Below, piece by piece: positions 48,709 to 63,700 of a DNA stretch of 64,000 bases; positions within the stretch are counted from its first letter, which is position 1; each line of letters begins with the position of its first letter. The notes under the pieces were generated by a model. That model saw only the letters and a list, made by a program, of their open reading frames with translations. It was not told the origin of the DNA and searched no databases. Both the position numbers and the translations under genes were made by a program. Origin of the DNA: Takakia lepidozioides (lineage: Eukaryota > Plantae > Bryophyta); contig CM060734.1 in NCBI GenBank assembly GCA_030704615.1, forward strand, positions 52,452,001 to 52,516,000. Reading direction: 5' to 3'.

Positions 48709-51700
48709 ATGGGTGCACATCAGTACGATGAGGGTGGCAGGGACGAGGCCGAACTTGCCTTTGGAACTGATGAGGAGGTGGAGCTTCAAGATGATTCTAT
48801 GCTCGATGAAGAAGACGGCGAGGTGGAGATGAATAATTGGAAAGAGTCTTTACAAGAAGAAGCTGAAGGTATTTATGAATTGTTAATTGCAATCACCCGT
48901 TCTTTCCTCGGAAGGAACATCTCTCTTCAAACATGTAATGAATCATCCAACAGAGTTGCAGTCCTCCCTCAGCGGTCCGACCCGATGCACAGGTCTGCAG
49001 TATTTCCTATCTTGAGACTTAATGCCTTTCGTTTTCTTTATTGGTGGAATGATCCAAGATGGGGCAAGAGGTTATACCCTGAGGGGGGTTGGGGTCGATC
49101 CTCAAAAGCAGACCCAGAGGATGCTGAGTAAATATAGGGTTGCAACGCAACCACAGAAACGTACACGTACCCACTTATCTGAGGCATTGACATCATCCTT
49201 ACACGGTATACCAAGGTATCTTGGCCGAGATAAGTACCATTGGGGCGATACACCACTGACGGTTGCAAACCCATTGCTTGGACCCTGCTGTGAAGCTTCA
49301 CACACGAAAGTGTGGCCATTGTATGTGCCTCATTTGGGGCTTCTTGATTCTAATGAGCCGACTAGCATGAGCCTGGCCACTGGGTGGGTTATGTTTTATG
49401 ATTTGTTGCATCGTTGGATTAGTGTATCTTCACATACATTTAAGTTGGATAGCAATTGGAAGGAATAACTCTGCATACCGAAAACGATTCTTCTGTTGCG
49501 GCAGAGCAAGAGGACGTTGAGGTGGAGGAAGGAATGGACGGATTCATAGCCAGTGAGCAGGTGGGATGATGAGACACGCAGACTGGCAGCAGGGTTAGCT
49601 TCGAAAGACAGTGTTCAATTGATGCAAGCACTTCGAGAAATGACCAAGGTTTTGACAGGTTCCCGGGGGGGAAAGGTTCTGCTCCAGTATGTGCTGGCGT
49701 CACCACGGTGTGCAGAACTAGTATCGGTGTGGGAGGCAGGGGCAGTGGCTTCCACAGCAGTCCCTTTGATGCTTTTGCTCTCTGAAATTTTCCGGCATCA
49801 GGTGGGAAGAGGACGTGGGACACCACTAGGAGAAAAAGGGAAAGCTGTGTTGGATGCGTCAGCACACAAGAAGCGCAAGGCCATGGTTGTTGTCCAGGTG
49901 AGATCGGATGAACTGCGCATGGATGCTCTTCTTTCAAGCGCCATCGCAGCCACAGATTTCTCATTAAGAGTGTAGGTAGCAAGAAATAAATATTGATACT
50001 TTATAATGCAAATCTCAAAGAGCTTAAGGGACGAGAAAGCATGAAACAAGATAGAGAGAAGGGCCCCCCACAAGCAGCTCAACAACAACTATTGCTCAAT
50101 GGTTTGTCCTAAGGGTCAACATCTCGTGCAGATATACAGCTAAGCATTTCTGATCCTCCTGATGGAAGACGTCTGTGAGAGATTGGGTATCTTGGAATAG
50201 ACAATAGAATCTCCAACGGATCTCACAGTAGAGAGGACAGTGAAAGAAGAAATTTTCTTCACTTCTAATTTTCCCTGTTGTTTCCAGCGCAAGCAAGGCA
50301 CATGCGGTCCTCACGTTGCAGGCTGTCCCACCTACTAGTCTCTATCCGCAGAGTAATGAAGTTAGGCAGAAAGCTGGTAAGAAGGTCGGATGAAAGCCGT
50401 AACAGATGTGAAAGAAATGAAATGAAATGACATGGGGTACCATTTCTCTCAAAATAGTTCAAATCCACCAAGGTTTCTTCCTCCTGATAAAGTAAATAGA
50501 CTGAATTTAAACTCAGGGCGGGAAGCCTACCTTTGAACCTGAAGACAATAGTCACTTTCAGATTCATTGTCGTGGGTACTTTCACCAGAGAGACGCCCTC
50601 TTCAAAACCATCAAGGGATTTGATCCTGTACCTCTGTTTACCAACTTTGAAAATCTCGAGGCTGAGCCAAAAGCCCAGGCCCTTTTGGGGCCTAGTTATT
50701 GGGCAAATCACACACAGCAGATTGATGCTTTGTGTAAGGGGATTTCTAGAGGATATCTGGAAAACTCGGATCATCTGTTCCGAGGTAAGTCATACTACTG
50801 GCGTTAGCCCCTGACAAAGGTAGTTTCTGTTCCTTCCGCTCAAATTGGGCGCGGGGTCAATGGCCACAAGGCAACGGCAAACAACGTCTAATGAGTACAT
50901 TTTATCTGCAGAGTGTGGTTAGCCATTGGGCCTCAAAGATTCTATCATCACGGATGAGCAATAATGTCTCCCGATAGAACTGCAGTTTTGTCTTAACTGG
51001 CTGGTTTCCATGTTCGCCTGATGTGAGGTTCCATAAGTTCATGTCTGATGCTTCTATTGGGGTCCTGCTTGAACAAAATTTCCACCCTCTCTGGATTTTG
51101 AAAGCAATGAAGGCTGTGGCGCTCAAAAAAGTTGGAGAGCTGATCATACCGGGTCTTGAAATCAGTGTGTTTAAGTCTGATAGAGGTTGTGAGGGTCCCG
51201 GCTGTCAGCCATTTCGGAGGAAGATTGTAAGCCGGAAGATGGCCTTTGGTTTGAAGTGGAACACACGCAAATGCTACACACACAATCCGTGATGGTGCTG
51301 TAATTCTAGCCCCATCATTCCTTGGAGGAAAGACAGTTGCAGAGGTTCCAGGTTTTTCTCTCATCAGGAAACTGGGACAGCAGGGGCCCAGAAGTCATAG
51401 CCGTTAAGTGGCTGGCCAGGGTGATGATCAAGTTAAATAGCCATGTTTTGGTTGGGGGTGATGCAGGTGTATTTGTCTGTATTTAGGCTGACGATGTATG
51501 GAGGCAGCCTTTCCCTTCCTCAATCTGTTCATAGCAGTTGATGCAGACAGAAATTTGGGTGAGTTGATAACCAGACCCAGGTATGGGTATGATTTCACGA
51601 CCTCAATCTCTTGCTGGTTGAAGTGGATCTCTGATCAGCTTGGCCATAACCATGATTTTGGTTTTGTTGAGGTTGACCTGCAACCTGTAGTCTTTGGAGA

Positions 51701-54700
51701 AGTCTCTAGGATGCGAAGGTGTCATTGTAGGAAGATAGGAGATTGTGCCAATATACAACATCATTGGTGTAGAGAAGTACTGATTGTGTTGGTCCCCCAT
51801 CCAAAGGCACCTCCACTCCGTTATTCTTCGCAATGTATCCTTCCAAAGTGTCTCTTTAGATTCCAAATATGGTAGAGGGCAGCCGTGTTTGACCCCAAAA
51901 TTGCTGTGCACCTCTGCTTAGAACTCCCCTGCAACCTTGACAATGCCAACAACAGTCTCATACATAGATAAAGTGGCCCAGATGATGTCGAGGGACCCCT
52001 ATCTGTGTAATCTGTCCAGATGAAGGGCTCGAGGGACTGAATCTAAGGTCTTATGGAAGTCCACAAAGCATGCATATATCGTAGGTTGCTCGTTCTAACA
52101 TAGTTTGAAGAGTGAAATTGCGTCAAGCGGGGATCGTTTGCGCCAGTAGCTCGAAGCTGAGTTTTCAGCCCAATCAAGTTCCATGGCTACGACTGCCCCA
52201 AACAGTTTAGCCGGCAATGAAGAAATCATAAATTTGTGCAATAATTGGTTCGAGCTTGTCGTCATTCTTGAAATGACGCTTTTTGTCCACTCTGTTGGAA
52301 AGCACGCTGCACTGGTTCGTTGAAGAGATGTGCAATAAATGGAGCCAAAGCTGCTGTTTCATGCTTGATAAATTCACGCTGTAGCCCCTACAGGTCCACT
52401 GCACTGCCATTTTGCAATTTCTTGACTGCTTTACTGGCATTGGACGAGGTGAAGAAGCACATTCATGCCAAATGTGGATGTCTGTGATGGAGATCAGGGT
52501 ATGAGGTTTTGTAAGAAGGGACCAAGAGGCACAGGGAGAGGGCTTGATCTTTGCAATGAAGGTTTGACTGAAGTTTGAGTGTATGCTGGTTTCTTACATC
52601 TGATGAGAGACTTGTAGTACTTAAGGGCTAGGTGGGTAGATGCCGGAGAAGATTGGGTATCAAGGAGTAGTGATTTGACATGTCGTCTGGAAAGGAGCTT
52701 TATAAAGTCCACATCAGGCAACCACTTCATTGGAATTTCTAGTCGTAAAAGGTAGTATCGTTCATATGAATAAGTTACGATGGTGTGTTTCACAGCAGTT
52801 TCTAAAGTATGTTCCTAAATTGGTGTTGAGGGTTTTAGGGGAGACTGGACAAGCTTGCGCGGGCTATCACACGGACGAAGATGAAGGATATTTACTCTCA
52901 TCTGTCTTCATCCAAGAGTAGTAGGCAAAAGGCTGCACTACTACTCATGTCATGCATAGTGTTGCGGGGAAGACTTATAGCTATTGAGGTTGCTACGTCC
53001 TTCGATTTCACTCTTAAAGCTTTGAAAAAGCTTGCTGAGCACCCTTGGCGAGCCCCAGTTCAGAGAGATGGAGCTGAAGGTCGACAAGGGCTCCTAGCTC
53101 GGCCTTCTAGGTATGGTCTTTTAAATCTGTCTTCATGTGTTCGGGGTGGAAGGCACAACAATTTGCATGTGGATCTGAAGCAGCAAGCACGTTTTTGGGA
53201 TCCACGGAAGGGCATGGGGCATGATCATTCCTACTGGCTGGTAATGGATATTAAGAAGGCAACTTTCAGCTGGTGTTACTTGCTATGTGGCCTTGGGTCC
53301 CTCCACTGTTCCTTATAAGCAATATTTGTTAGTGTTGTCAGTAAAGCCATTCCCTTTTCTTGTAGCTAGATCCAGCCACATGAGAGGAGTGTCTAGGAAT
53401 GTGACAGTTCTATCTCTATGGATGGGACTATTCCAGCTGGACTTCGACTTATAGCTGTTGAGCCTCCCCTGAAGCTTCAGAAATGTCTTAAAGGTTTGTT
53501 AACATTTTACTTCTATTAGGTTTTTCTTCATCGAGTTTGCACTGTCATTTCTGGTTGTTGGTGATCCGGGGTTGCTACGATGGATACTTCAGAAGCGTCC
53601 CCTCTATGCGGGCGTATTGCATGGTTTGGCCAAAGATGACGAAACTACAATCATCCATGTGCTTCAAGTCATACGGGAGAAGGTGATGGGGAAGGCTGCC
53701 CTTGTGCCAGCAGGGCTCCAGAGTGCTGTCTTTGGCGATGTGGCTCTGGAACAGCTGGCGCGAATTGCTGGCAATGATCTATTTGGTGATTCAGCGGACC
53801 TAGCTTACCAAATGCTGTTGTCCCTTTGTACAGATCCCTCCCATGGCTTGTGTCCTGAAAGCACTGTGGCTTGGGGGCTACCTGGGGCAAAATCTGGGGC
53901 CTTTGGTGGAGGGCAGGGTCGGTTGCTCCGATTAATGCTGCGACTGCGGGCAACTGAAGTGGGCCGACATAGAGAGCTTCTGTTGGCCATTGCGAAAGCA
54001 AGACCAAAGCTGGCTGCTGCATACTTGGATTCTGTCCCATTTTCGTTGGAGCCTCGATCTTCTCCTTCGTGGTGAGGACTTTTTTTGAAGTCAGAGCCAA
54101 GTTTTTCTTTTCCCTAGATTGTTACTCTGGCTTACAGATAGAAGGAGCCAATGCTGATGCTATAGATGATAAGCTAATGATGTATGTTGGTTGAACATAC
54201 ACCACATTGTGTGTGTTTGTCTTAGCAGGGCCGTGTAGACATTTTTCTGCATATAACAGGAAGCAAAAACTCTGCCTGTCATTTGCACCACAGAAGCATC
54301 CAACCATAACTTTGCACAGTTGCAGACTGGCTTGCGCAATTATTGATGGCGCCAACATTTCTGTGCAGGTTTTCCGCCATGTCTCTCATTGCTGACTTGA
54401 TATGTATTGCGAGCACGCCACATTCATTCTCTTCCATGGCCTTACAGGGTCTCCCTACCCCCACGCTTGACGGACCCCTGGTTCGAAGCAGTTTGCGGCG
54501 TCTACTGCCCCGTGCTCTCCCCAGGGTGGCCCTCAACAGGGGCCTACAGCATGCAAATTTGCTGGTCAAGCATGCTTCCTTGCGAGTGTTACTTGAGGCA
54601 CTGTTGTCGGTAGAGCGATTTCTTGATGCTGCTATTTATGCAGCAGAGGCTCTTTCTATGCAGAACCCTGTGGGTGGCTTAGAAGTGGAAGGGATCTGCA

Positions 54701-57700
54701 TGCATGGCTGTGAGTTTGGACTTGCACAGGGTAAAACAGTGAGAAGTTCTAAATCTGTGCAGAGTGGGCAGGACTCTTGGAGAGGGAATCTGACAGGCGT
54801 GCAAGGGGGAAACAGCTGCATGAATAAAGTTCATAGTAAAGAAGAGACGGAATTGTATAGGCAGGACTGGTTGCAACTGGCTGAGAATATCCAGGATGTA
54901 ATGCGAGCCTCTTTACCCGATCGAAATACCTTATTGATCATTCACTCGTCTTTACGGACACCTCGAGGGGAAACAAAGACTCTTGTTGATAGTCAGAAAA
55001 GAACTTGCAGTGCCAAGGGGTACAGGGCTGGCAAAAGGAGGAGGAAAGTGAAAGGCAATAGTGGTAGGGATGGGGGTGAATCTGAAGAGGAGGATGATCT
55101 GGATAATAGGGAAGAAGGACAGATACTTGCACAAGTGTGGGGAGCAGAAATGGTTTTAAGTCAGAACAATCAGTGGGGAGGAGACACTGGGTGTTTCCTG
55201 CATGCAAAACTTCTTGAAGTGCTTGCTGCATATCAGGTCCGGAACACTCGAAGCACAGATAGAGGGATGGTTACACACATACATGCAGATTTTCTCAGAT
55301 GCCTGAAGATCACATCAGGACCCTGAAATAGCCAGACATAGATACAGAAGTGTAGAAGCTCTTCCTAGGCATAGAATGAGAGGGAGATGAAATGGACTAT
55401 GCAGCTTTATACGTTTGATGGTAGTCAGCAGATGATAACCCGCACCTCCCAAGCTTTTCATGTTAGTCTTTCCTGTGCCTGCTGCCCGACAATTACCCCA
55501 CAGCACCATATGCCACCTTTAGCCACACTGTCTGCTGCCTTCCTGCAATAGCGAGTCCCAGTTTCTTGGATCTTGGTTGGCAATGTTCTGATGCTGAATC
55601 TTTATGCTGTTTTTGTGTTTGTTGTAGAGGGTGCTGCCGTTGGCTTTTGCTGACAAAGGCTTCGACCCTTTCAGAATGCTACCACCCAATTCAACACAAC
55701 TGTCTTTTGCACAGCAAAAGGCCTTCTTGTCTCTGCTGTTAGCGTCCACAGGGGCTCCTGACTGTGGCCCCACGTCAGCACACTCTGCTTTTGGCTATGC
55801 AGACATAGCAGGGTCCGGCCAAATATACAAGCATGTGACTCCCCTTCTAAAGATGATGGTCGGTTCCAATTTTGGGGAAGTGAGAGACCAGGCCAACTTG
55901 CTTACATCTCGAATAATGGTCAGCACAGGGGCCTTTGAAAGTAACTTTCGTGAAGTCATGGTCTGGCTGGATCTCATCCGCTGGTGGGTGGGTGTAACTG
56001 ATAACAATGACAGCCCTGTGAACGGCACCCTTACGGGTCACCTAAAATGGATTGTGGAATTTATTTCTGAGGCAGTAGTGGCTGTGGGGAGGAATCTGTA
56101 CAAGTACTTGGACCAATTGCACTCCCTTCTTGCTGCGGACACTCTGGAGGAGGGCTCCTCTGGGCAGGGTGAGTTAATCAGTAGGTGTGATAAGCTCATG
56201 GCGCATGTTTATCTTTGCCATTGCAAAATTGAAGGGGTAGAATCATTAGTCAAGAAGGGGCATCATTCTTTCAGGGGTGGTGAGCATCCCCACGCATGCA
56301 TTCACCAGGGAGTTGTGGTTATGGAATCATACTCCATCAGCCAAATTGCTTCGGCACTTCCCATTCAAACTTCAAGGGAGAGGAAAGCTTTCAGCTTTTT
56401 TTGTTCTTTCAGTCAAGCTGATCCGGGGTTCTTTTTATTTCCATCTGTCTGCTATCTTGTGCGACAGGCCTGCAGGCTTCTTCTTTGAGATGCAACGTAG
56501 TTTGTAAGTTAGCTATTCACATGTGAAATGAAGGCCAATTGCAAATTGCCCAAACTGCAGGCCATAATGCTGGAATTGAGGTCTGCCACCTCAAGTTGGT
56601 CATAGAGATGTGGCTGCTTCACTTTGTGTTGTGCACATAGATGATATTTTCAACCTGTGGAGCATTCTCTTCCAGGTGTTATGGCTCCAGAGTTTGGGCC
56701 TTTTGTAGTCTGTGTTTTGGAGCACACCCTCCAAGCGCTACACGCAGATTCGAAGGGCCTGAAGCTGTCTCAAAGAGCAGAGATTTCAGTTTATGTTGCG
56801 GGTGTACTCAACCTTTTACTGCAGACACAGGTATTTCTACAACTTTGACTGCAAGTACTTGTCCGATCTAGCAGTAGATATTAGGCCCACACGGAGATCA
56901 TTACAGTGCTTTCCCAATGTACAAAGTAAGGTGTCCGTTCAAAGGTAGCTAGGAATTTGAGGTACCAGTGCTGTGCCAAAAGCTTGAGGTGGTCGCCTGC
57001 TATAATAAAGTTAGAGAGGATTAAAGTGTTACAGTGGTAAAGACATGTTGATAGATGCATATGGTTCATATTTTCTATGTGGGTGGGCGATGAGGTGGGT
57101 ATTATGCACATGCAGAACTTTGTTTGTTTTCAGGAATTTCGTGCAGTACGTAGAGTTGCTATCCAGTGTCAAAGACCTTGTCAGAGAGATTTGTTGATCC
57201 CACTTTTACCACAGGGTGTTCTATGTAAGGTTCAGTCCTTTCTCACACCTTGCAATTGGTAAGAGCCCAAGCTGATGCTAACTGGGGAGTGTCAATATGC
57301 AGGCCAATGCACGAGCTCTGGCAGTCATCATTGATGCCCTGTTGTCAGCTGATTCGGGTTTGCCCACCAGTTTGGCAGACTCTCAGTCATTTCATTGTGA
57401 GTGGGGTCCACTTCAGGTTCTCTTATTGCACGCCCACAGCATACTGAAACCCGTCAAAGATTTGTCATATTGGGAGATATGTAAGTCAGATGCCCAAAAT
57501 TGGGCCTATGCTGGGCAAATAGCTGCAGTGCTTGAAGCTTGTGAGAATAGTGAAGGTGATGCTCTGGCAGGAGAAAGGTTGGCCTTTACGTCTGCCCTGG
57601 TATGTTGCACGCCCCATGAAATTGCGCAGAACTTTTCTAGGGTTACACGGGTGTGCTTAAAGGTTTTCAAGGGAAACTTTTCATTACTGCACGTTCTCTG

Positions 57701-60700
57701 TGCAGTTCACTGTGGCCTGCTGTCCATGGTGGCGGATGCAGTGCCAGAGGAGTTTGCTAGGGCAGTAGAGTTGGCTGCATGGGGCCCTCGAAATGAGGAT
57801 TTAGCAGGAAAAGGGTTGACAACAGAGTGTTTACCTGATTCTGTTTTGCTGAAGCAAAGGGAGTCGTCTCAAAACTCTTTTCCACCATCCCCAGGGGGAG
57901 ATTTGTTTCCGTTGGCCGCATTTCTGAGAGGTCTTCCATTTTCAGTGGTGCTTCCAGCAGCTGCGCACAGCAATGAATGGAAGCTGTTAGCTTCCAAGCC
58001 TATGATTGCTGTTCTTGAGGCTGCATGCACTCAAGTGCCGATTTCGCATTGGTCATTCACTGGGCGTATCATTCTTACTTGGATTTATCGACTAGCTCCT
58101 TTATCTCGTAGGGGTTTGGATGTGACTGGACAGCTGGAAACATGTTTTGCACTTTTGCAGCGGATTGCATTTCCTCCTGAAGGTTGGCAAGTGGGCAGTG
58201 GAGAAGATAACAGACAAGGCATGGCACTTGAGAAACTTAAGGTGTACAATGTGATGATAAGCGAGTTGCTGGCCCATCCTGTCTTCAGTGACTTTTTTAT
58301 GTGTCAAAGAACACAGGCCCGCTCCTCCTTTGGTCTTGGTGTAGAAGAGAGACATTTGGAAGATAGTGGAAGAAAGAGGGAAAGGAATGCATTTGATGAA
58401 GGCACTGATATTGGAACAATGCTGGAGGTGGCTCAAGTAACTGTGCAGCCATTGGATTACCACTTAGTTACCACTCTAAGAAGAGTCCTACACATCTCTT
58501 CGTCTTTGGATGGAGATGTCAAATCCATTGCAGTGGCACAGCAGTTGAACAATCTCAAAGAAACGACTGCTACTGCTTGTCAACCTTATATTGCGCGAGC
58601 AATCACTGCATTTCGAATGGAGCTTCTTGGAAGTGCAAATGGACAGGATCCGAGGGGTGACAGTTTATTATCTGCCCTCTTTGCTGTCTCAGAGCTAGTC
58701 CCTTATGCAGACTCTGAAGTCCTCATTGAGCTTTTGCAGTCTTTGTTTTCAAAAAAGGCTGTTCCTCTCAAGCATGTTTCGCGACAAATCTCTCCACCAG
58801 TATTTGCTCACCCATCGTTTGGGCTTTATTTTGCAAAACTCTTCTATGAAGGACAGAAGGCAAAAACAGGACATTGGACATGGTCAAAGTGGAGTGGCAG
58901 TGATCTTGGTGCAGTGGAACAGCAATCATTGGTTGACATCTTCAAAACTGTCATTGAATTAGCATTGCAACAGCCTTCGGAAGCAGGAGACCTGTGCTTG
59001 CTCTCTGCCCTGCTAGCTCCCAACATGGTAGGCAAGTATTCACAGCTTGTCAGTATCACTCCTGTTGAAGTTCTCAGATATTGTGTGGTGAAACCTAGCC
59101 AAGTAACAGTAGAAATAGCAATGCTTCTAGTGCAGGCAAGTTCAGTTCACATGGCTGAGTTTGGCAATTTGATCGTGGCTGGAACTAAAGATAGGGTGGC
59201 TGATGGTATGAGTGGGTCGCATGTGGAATTGGCTGTTAAGCTATCAAGTGATAATCACCTGAGATACAAGATGAATGAGGCTCCTTTTTCAGATGAGGTT
59301 CTATTGCTTCTAATACCTCCTGCCGAAGTTTACTTGTCCAAAACTCCATTAAGACTCACCAATCATGTGGCAAGACATGTGGCACTTGTTTACTTGGGTC
59401 GACTGTCAAAGCACTTCAAGCATTGGAACACGTTCATAGACACTTATAGTGGAATTGGATCGACTGACTCAACCAAACTGGAGTTCTTGAGACTGTCAGA
59501 TTGCGGCATCAGCAATGACCTTTGGGGCGATTTCTTGCGTTCAGCAAGTGGGAGAATCATGAAACTATTGCACCATTGTCTCTCGTGGCATGCTATCAGT
59601 CTAAAGAAGCAGGACAAGCTTATTCGCCATCTGCTGCCCAAGGACGGCACGGCCCTTGCCTCGCTAGATGCACATTTCCAGCATGTTTCTGAACATGACC
59701 TGCGCTTGCAAATTTTTAAGCTGTTTAGTCAGGTTTCCATAATCAAGCAACTCTTCATGAGCTGCCATTCTCCTCAGTTGGATGATAAGCTAGTAGAGGT
59801 GCAAACAGAAGGATCCAAGGGGACAAGTGAGTTTCCTGGAATGGAGATGAAAGGGGGGAAGAAACAGTCAGGGGCCAACATGAGTTTTGCTGCTAGTCTG
59901 GTTGCTACTTTGGGAGTGCTCTTCAAACAAACCCAAGGGACCCAATTGCATACCAAGCATCTGACTCCTGGTTATATCTCGACGATTCACAGTCATCACT
60001 GGAGACCAAATGTTATAAAGTTTCTGGAAGAGTATCTGCTGGCTTGTTTGACTGACATAGCGACAGTGCTTGAAGTTGATGACCTCGATTCCCAAGCTAT
60101 TTCTCTACTCCGAATGTTTGCAATGACAGCCCTTAAATACAGGTTTGGGGATGCATCAACAATGCTGGCACTGCAAGCCCTCTCTGTGGGTCTGTTTCAT
60201 GGTGCCCATGGGCTGGCATCCATTGCTGCTGTGAGTGAGGTTGCTACAAGTGTGCTAGACCTAGTGATGGCTCACTCACAGTTTGTGCCTTCTATACTTT
60301 CTTCTGGATCAGTTCAAAGACTTCACAATCTTGGGGGTCATGCTGGGAAGGATACCATGTTGACTTCGCTTTCCTCTCTTCTCTCGTTGGTTGGGTCTCC
60401 TCTTGTCTCTCATCTGGATGGAGCCAATGGACAATTATCTCCAAAAAAGGATATGGAAGATGAGGTTGTTACCAAGTCAGTGGAAGAGGCTGGAGATGAT
60501 GAACAGGATCGAATTGAGCAGAGGCGGTTGCAGCTTGTAAAGCTTGTGCGGTTGCTCTTTTGGCTAAAGATGCGCCCGGGTAGCATAGCAATGACAGCAG
60601 AAGAGAGAGCAACATTGGAAGAGCTTATCTCCTTGCTATTGGCAGCATATGGTGCCACAATGAACAAGGTGGATCTTGAAATTTTTGAGCTGATGCATGA

Positions 60701-63700
60701 ACTGGAGGCATACGGTGGGGCAGGTAGTGTTCTATGTACTCAACCAACATGGGATGAAGATAGGATGTTGTTGCTGTGAGTTGGTGTAATAAATACATAG
60801 CTTGCTAAGCATTCAGCAGTGCTTTCGTGATTCTAACATGCTTCTGTAGATGGAAGGGGCATCTTCTCACCAGCTAGTCACTTGTAGCTTTAAGCCTTGA
60901 GCAATGACATAGTTCAGGTCATGGGAGCAAGTGAAGCTGTCACTTTCTCAAGGATATTAAGTTGCAAGAAGCTGGCCGTAATAACTCTTTTGGTCTGTGG
61001 CGTTGACTGAACTTGTTGCTCTAATGAAGAATACCTGTGCAGGATGTGTTGGTTTGGCGGGCAGGGATTATCTGTGGGGGGAGGCTGCACTTAAGAGGAG
61101 GAGAGCAAGAGCCGAAGAAATCAAGCTGACAAGTGATGAGGATATGGTGGCAGATGAGATGAAGGCAGAGGCTCGAAGGCGAACATTTAGGGAGGACCTA
61201 GCAATAGACCCACAGAGGTGTGGGTTGTCTGTGTTGCACTTTCCGGCAAATAGACAGCCATGGGAAGGACTTGAAGAGGTTGACAGGCCATTAATGAAGG
61301 TAAGCTTGGTTTGTAGTCAAAATGATTGTTTTCAGAGTGTACATACATGGGATGCGAGAGACCAGAAGCACTTCAGGGGTGAGCCTTTTGGCTGCAGCAG
61401 CAGTGTAGTACAGGGCTATTTTTTAAGTGTCTTGCAGCGCAGTAATGGAGCTTCATACTGGTGGCTGTAGGGTGGGAAGTTTTGGGTTATGCCACAGCTC
61501 ATGAATGCTCAACTGTTAGGAGTCGACAATGGAGCTCTGGTCCTTGAGCACCAAACTTATATACTTGCATACTTCATACTTTTTCTTTACACAACGTTGA
61601 ATATCTCAATTCCTCATCAAGGAACTCATCTTCATTCGTACTTCAACTAGACAAAAAGACCCGACGCGTGAGTATAAAGTCTAGACTCTAATGGGGGCTT
61701 CGTGAAAGGGTTGCCAGCACCAAGGTGCATTCCAGGTTTGTGACTATTTGGTCATCCGTTCTCCTTCCCTTATCTTCTGTCCTTGCCTCTATGGAATCCG
61801 TGGTTTCTGTTTTGCTCTTCTAGGGACAGCTACTCCTTGACTGAATTTTTCCATTACAAAGATGTTGTGTGACATTGTTACATGAGGCTCTCCACATGAT
61901 TGTCGTGGCTAGGTTGTTGGGAGCCCCATTCTGTTTTTTCTTTTCCTTGGCAGTGCTCCCTTGACTGTTGTAAGTTTCGTTCTTCGTTCTTTCTGTTTCG
62001 AGTAGATCTTTGGTGTCTGTGGTTCTACAGTCTTTTTATATTCTTGTCTCTCTTGGGCACTTTGGCCCTGTCCCGGTTGTGATAAATCCCTTGCTCTCCC
62101 TCCTCCAGTATAACACTTTGTCATCTCTCTACAGGGTTTTCATCAAAAAACTGGTGATGCTGATGAGCAAGGTTTGATGGCAGCTGCCTATGACCCAGCC
62201 TACATCCTGCCATTTGCACTGCATGGACTCTCAATAGGGTGCATTGATGCTGATGTATTTGTGCACCAAGGGTTGCTTGCTGTAGCCCTGGCTTCCATCA
62301 GCTCTGCCAACGAAATCATGCGGAAGTTGGGCTATGAAATTTTGGCCAAGTTCCTGACTGTCTTGGAGGTAAGCATAGCTGATAGCTTTGTTGAATTGGC
62401 TTAGGGTGCCTCATGATCTATTCAGTTAGTGGGGCTCTATCATATGGAGGGCTGTGGGGCCATGCTATTGCTCCCTTTGCTTGCAGGACCTCTGAGTGGC
62501 AAAACACCCCAGGTTGCTTTAATATTGGCCAAGCTCTGAATACTATTTCAAGTAGTTTCCATCGGAGAGTTTGCCTGACTGTTGCTCGTGTGCTGACATT
62601 CTGATTAGCTTCCTGATAGATGTACTCTTGCAGGAGGGCCCAAGTTTCAAGGGAAGGCCGCAGATTCGACTGCTGTTGACGTATGTTAAAAATGCAATTA
62701 CAGAGGCCTGGCAGCGGCTTCCGTTTGTTCTGACACTGTTTGCTGCAGAGGCATCATGCATTTTAATGCATCCTGAAAATGCACTCTATCTGACCATCAC
62801 TCGGTACCTTCTTCGTGGGCCTGGCATGGACCTTGAGGTGCCTTTCTCTCGTTGCCTCCCTCTGTCTCCCACCCTACTCTATGCTCTGTTTCCCCCAACT
62901 TCTCTCTCCTTGATGTATGTTTTAGTTCTTGGTATGTTCTATCTTGTCCATGGGCCCTTGTGGCCCTTTATGGATGTTAAGAAGCTTCTTTCTTTCTCTC
63001 AATACTCTATCAACAAAACTGCAATTCGATCGGGAGCCATTCTTGGTTCTCTGTGACGATAGGATTGTGCAGCCTAATTACATGTCTGCAGCTCTATCTC
63101 CCTCTCTTCTAAGGGCATTCGGAAATGTTCAGGGTGGGCTCCCACACACTGGATAGAGAATGGTAGGTGGAAAAATCTGCTATGTGAGGATTGATTACTG
63201 CTTGCGGTGGGAAATTGAAAGTGAAGAACATTTCTTCTCTCACTGCCCTCTATTCTTCCTCTTGTCCCATAAGCTCTTTGAGCTTCCTGCGGACGGTACC
63301 ATTTCATTTCTTGCTTGCTTCTACTTCACATGAGCTTGAGTGTACTGAAGCTCCTGTGTGAATTCGCTGTATACTACTGTTCACAAGTGTCCTTGAGTTG
63401 TCTCTATATACGTCTGGTTGCTTCCCTTCTTTACAGTTCCTGGTTAAGCTCAATGACTTTTTGATGGGTGTTGGGTTGCCAGTATGTTCCTCTTTTCCAC
63501 TCAATGTTTGGGAGTGGGTCACCTGGCTACCGAAGTGAGCGGCTGTGGATGCTCCGCCTGCTTGCCTTTGGTTTGGCATCATCTCACGATTTTCAGGTCT
63601 ACCGACGTCAGTTCTTGCTGGAGATCCTAATGAGCTTCTATGGCTCACCTCTAGCTGATACCATCACACGCAAATGGGTGCTGCAGGTGCGTCCTTTCTC

